Positions 61,400-64,000 of a DNA stretch of 64,000 nucleotides are shown one piece after another. The DNA lies in the NCBI GenBank assembly GCA_013239625.1, contig MU053645.1, forward strand, positions 434,001-498,000. Direction: 5' to 3'. Source of the DNA: Lama guanicoe. Taxonomy: Eukaryota. The translations under genes and the position numbers were made by a program. Under the pieces are notes generated by a model. The model did no database searches. It had not been told where the DNA came from and saw only the letters and a list, made by a program, of their open reading frames with translations. Positions within the stretch are counted from its first letter, which is position 1. Each line of letters starts with the position of its first letter.

Positions 61400-61750
61400 T
61401 CCTCACACTTCTGCCAAAGACAGCTGATCATATTATTCCTCTGCTCAAAAGCCTCCAGTAGGTCTACCCTGCTTTGAGAATAACTACAAAACCTTTAACA
61501 GAACAATTAAAACCCCTTATAACCTGGCCCCAGTCTTCTTCTCGGGCCTCAAAACCCTTCCTGAACTATAAGTACTACCCTTTGATGATACCACACAATT
61601 GAGAGTCCTTAAGTATGCCATACCTTTGTATATATGCATGTGTTCCTTCTAAACAGAACAGCCTTTTTTTTTTAATTGGCTCTTGAATGTCTATGCACCT
61701 TTTAACAACTGGTCAAGAGTAACTTCCTTTATGAAAACGTCTCTGACTCT
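61400..61750 (+). mobile_element. L2 fragment
   Basis: CTGATCATATTATTCCTCTGCTCAAAAGCCTCCAGTAG..CCCTTATAACCTGGCCCC..ACTTCCTTTATGAAAACGTCTCTGAC. Confidence 0.7.
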
Positions 61751-61759
61751 TAGGCCAAA

Positions 61760-62850
61760 CTAACATATAAAGTTTTCATAATTAAAAGAATATGGCACTG
61801 GTATAGGGATAGACAAATATATAAATGAAACATAATGGAGCTCTAAAACAGACTCATATATACCTGAGAATTGAGTGTAGGGTAAAGGAAGTATTTTAAA
61901 TAAGTAATGTTGGATCAATTGACCACTTGTTTTGAAAGAACTAAAAAAAAGATCTATACTATATGCGATTAAAAAATCCAAATTGATTTTTCACAATGAA
62001 CCATAAAATGCCATTACATAAAATATAACTCAATATGGGAGACTATTTGTATGGTTGTTTTTAGTGGAAAAAACTCTTTTTAAAAGTACAATACTTCAAT
62101 AAAATGATTGCTAAATTTAGCTTCGTCATATTTAAAACCCAGTGACAAGACATTCCAAACAAGTTTAAACAAAAAAGCAATAGTCTAGGCATAATATACA
62201 AGACAAGGTATTAGTATCCAGAATATATAAAGAACTCTGGAAATTCAATTAGAAAAGAACAAACTCCCCAACAGAAACATGGGCAGAAAATATGAAAAGG
62301 TCACAGAATAGAAAATACAAATGTCCAATAAACATTAGAAGATATGCTCATTCTCAACAAGCAAATATGAAAATACAAAAAGAACAGTAATGAGATACCA
62401 TTTTAAAACCATCAGATGGACAAATAATGACTTAGTTTGATGATAACATAAAATCCAACAATTCTCTCTCTCAGTAGCTAAGCTAGGAAAACATGTATGT
62501 GTTTATATGAAAATTTTCACTGCAGTGATTTGTAATTGTGAAAGACTAGAAACCCTATATCAATTGGGGGCTAAATGAACAAGCTGTAATATATCTATAC
62601 TATGGAACATGATTCAATAATTTACAAGGATGTGGTACTGATGAGGCATAGTGCTGAATGAAGCAAACGCAAACTTGCATATATTTTTTTGTACAGGAGA
62701 ATGCCAATTTCATAAAAACAGGAAACAAAAATAACACTATATTTTCTAGTGCTACGTATCTATGTATGTAAATGCTCAGAAAATGTTCTGGTTTAAAGGG
62801 ATGCTAACCTATGATATATTTATGTGTTACTTATATAATTAAAAGTTTAA
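61760..62850 (+). mobile_element. Ancient L1 (L1ME-like) ORF2 C-terminal/3' remnant
   Basis: ATGGCACTGGTATAGGGATAGACAAAT..TAGTATCCAGAATATATAAAGAACTC..ATGGGCAGAAAATATGAA..AATGAGATACCATTTT. Confidence 0.8.
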
Positions 62851-63023
62851 AATGGAGTAAGGAATGTGCTAGGTTTCTTTGTATTTAAGTATTATTAACT
62901 ATGAACTGTTGTTTTTGGTAAGACTAAAAGGCTGTTTCCTCAATCATACAGCTTACAACAAATTATTACAGGCAGGCCTATGCCAAAGACAGGACTCTAC
63001 ATTCATTTAGCTTCCCCAACAAC

Positions 63024-63252
63024 CAAGGCCAAGATTATGGAGAAGTGAGCAAGGCAAAGTCATCTAAGTAAAGGACTGGGTCTGCCTTTAGTTTAAAATA
63101 TTGATATTTAATTCATTATGAATTTTTGCATTAATTTTGATTTTTAAAAGAACATTAAATATTATTTATTTTGATAACTGGCTTTTTTGGTGCCCCCTAC
63201 ATTTCGCACCCAAGGTGAGTGCCTTATTCACCTCTCCATAGCACAAACCCTG
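63024..63252. mobile_element. Small hAT-Tip100 MITE (ORSL-like) inserted in a MIR
   Basis: Degenerate inverted termini CAAGGCCAAGATTATGGAGAAG / CACCTCTCCATAGCACAAACCCTG around an AT-rich core TTTTTGCATTAATTTTGATTTTT..GGTGCCCCCT..TTTCGCACCCAAGGTGAGTGCC. MIR(-) sequence lies on both sides. Confidence 0.65.
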
Positions 63253-63838
63253 TGTAATAACACTGTGAATCTGGTATTATTACATTCATCTTTCAAGTGA
63301 GGAACTTGGTCTAAGGGCACACAGCTAGTGAGCTTGTAAATAATAGACTAGGATGCAAACTCAGGCCCATTAGACTAAACACTCATGTTTACCAACTCAA
63401 AATTTTTGTACAGTTTTACTTTGTTTTGTTCATTAGTTCAATGGACCCATGTTAATTCCCAGTGATAATGTACTCTATACATCTTCCATGTAGCTGTGCT
63501 TCACATCCGATTTGGCAATTTAGTTTTAGCCTTGGAACACAGTTCATGGGAGCACTCTGTACATTGCATTACTTACAATCTGTCAGAGAGATATGGAAAA
63601 AAGTTTTGTCAGTAATAGGATATGAATTATGCAATACTGGAGTGGTTTGAACCATGCTCTTCAAAGAGAACAACCATAAACTTGTGTAGACTTGAAGACA
63701 GATTTATTGGTTCCACCTCATTTTGACAAAGGGGTACTTGAAAATTAAGTTACTGACAGCTCATTGTGAATTTTCATACCAGTTTGGGGAAACAATCAAT
63801 GAACAGGTATTTATTGAATACTCACTTTTCTCCCCTCT

Positions 63839-63925
63839 CAGTGGTTCTCAACCAGGAACAGTAGAGGCCCTACATGGGGATTTGGAAATGTGTATGGATG
63901 TATTTTGGTTATCCAAATGACAAAT
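63839..63925 (+). mobile_element. MER20-family 5' fragment
   Basis: CAGTGGTTCTCAACCAGG...GGGGATTTGGAAATGTGT...TTTTGGTTATC. Confidence 0.6.
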
Positions 63926-64000
63926 TGAAAAGGATCATTTAACATAATCTCAAAAAAGAAGAGACTAAATGTCTGGTGATGGGGAGTAAAGAAGATTTGG

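Noticed and set aside
290..63920. The many 60-160-aa ORFs in the supplied track as host genes
   Set aside because: None has recognisable homology apart from L1 ORF2. Many start at TTG/GTG or sit in repeats and microsatellites, and their number is in the range expected by chance.

Overview
This is mammalian non-coding DNA, AT-rich and CpG-depleted, with no CpG island and no host protein-coding exon I can support. A Vic-1-type tRNA-derived SINE (20328-20434) points to a camelid genome. The only listed ORFs with recognisable homology are LINE-1 ORF2 remnants. Much of the window is transposon fossil: L1, L2, MIR, CR1/L3, MaLR/ERVL/ERV1 LTRs and hAT DNA transposons. Repeat-poor unique blocks with enhancer-like motif clusters lie between them. 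The most notable structures are: (1) an L1 flanked by a 55-bp target duplication; (2) a 34-nt L1 insertion with a perfect 13-bp TSD; (3) two 5'-inverted L1s, one at the centre of a four-layer nest (L3>MIR>MIR>L1); (4) an ancient two-LTR non-coding ERV1-type provirus; (5) an unexplained 302-nt segment carrying a GATGCAGTG minisatellite between perfect 23-bp hairpin-containing direct repeats; (6) a G-poor segment weakly resembling mitochondrial ND6. I found no convincing novel multi-gene system. Repeat family names come from recall of consensus sequences, not from a search, and many boundaries are approximate.
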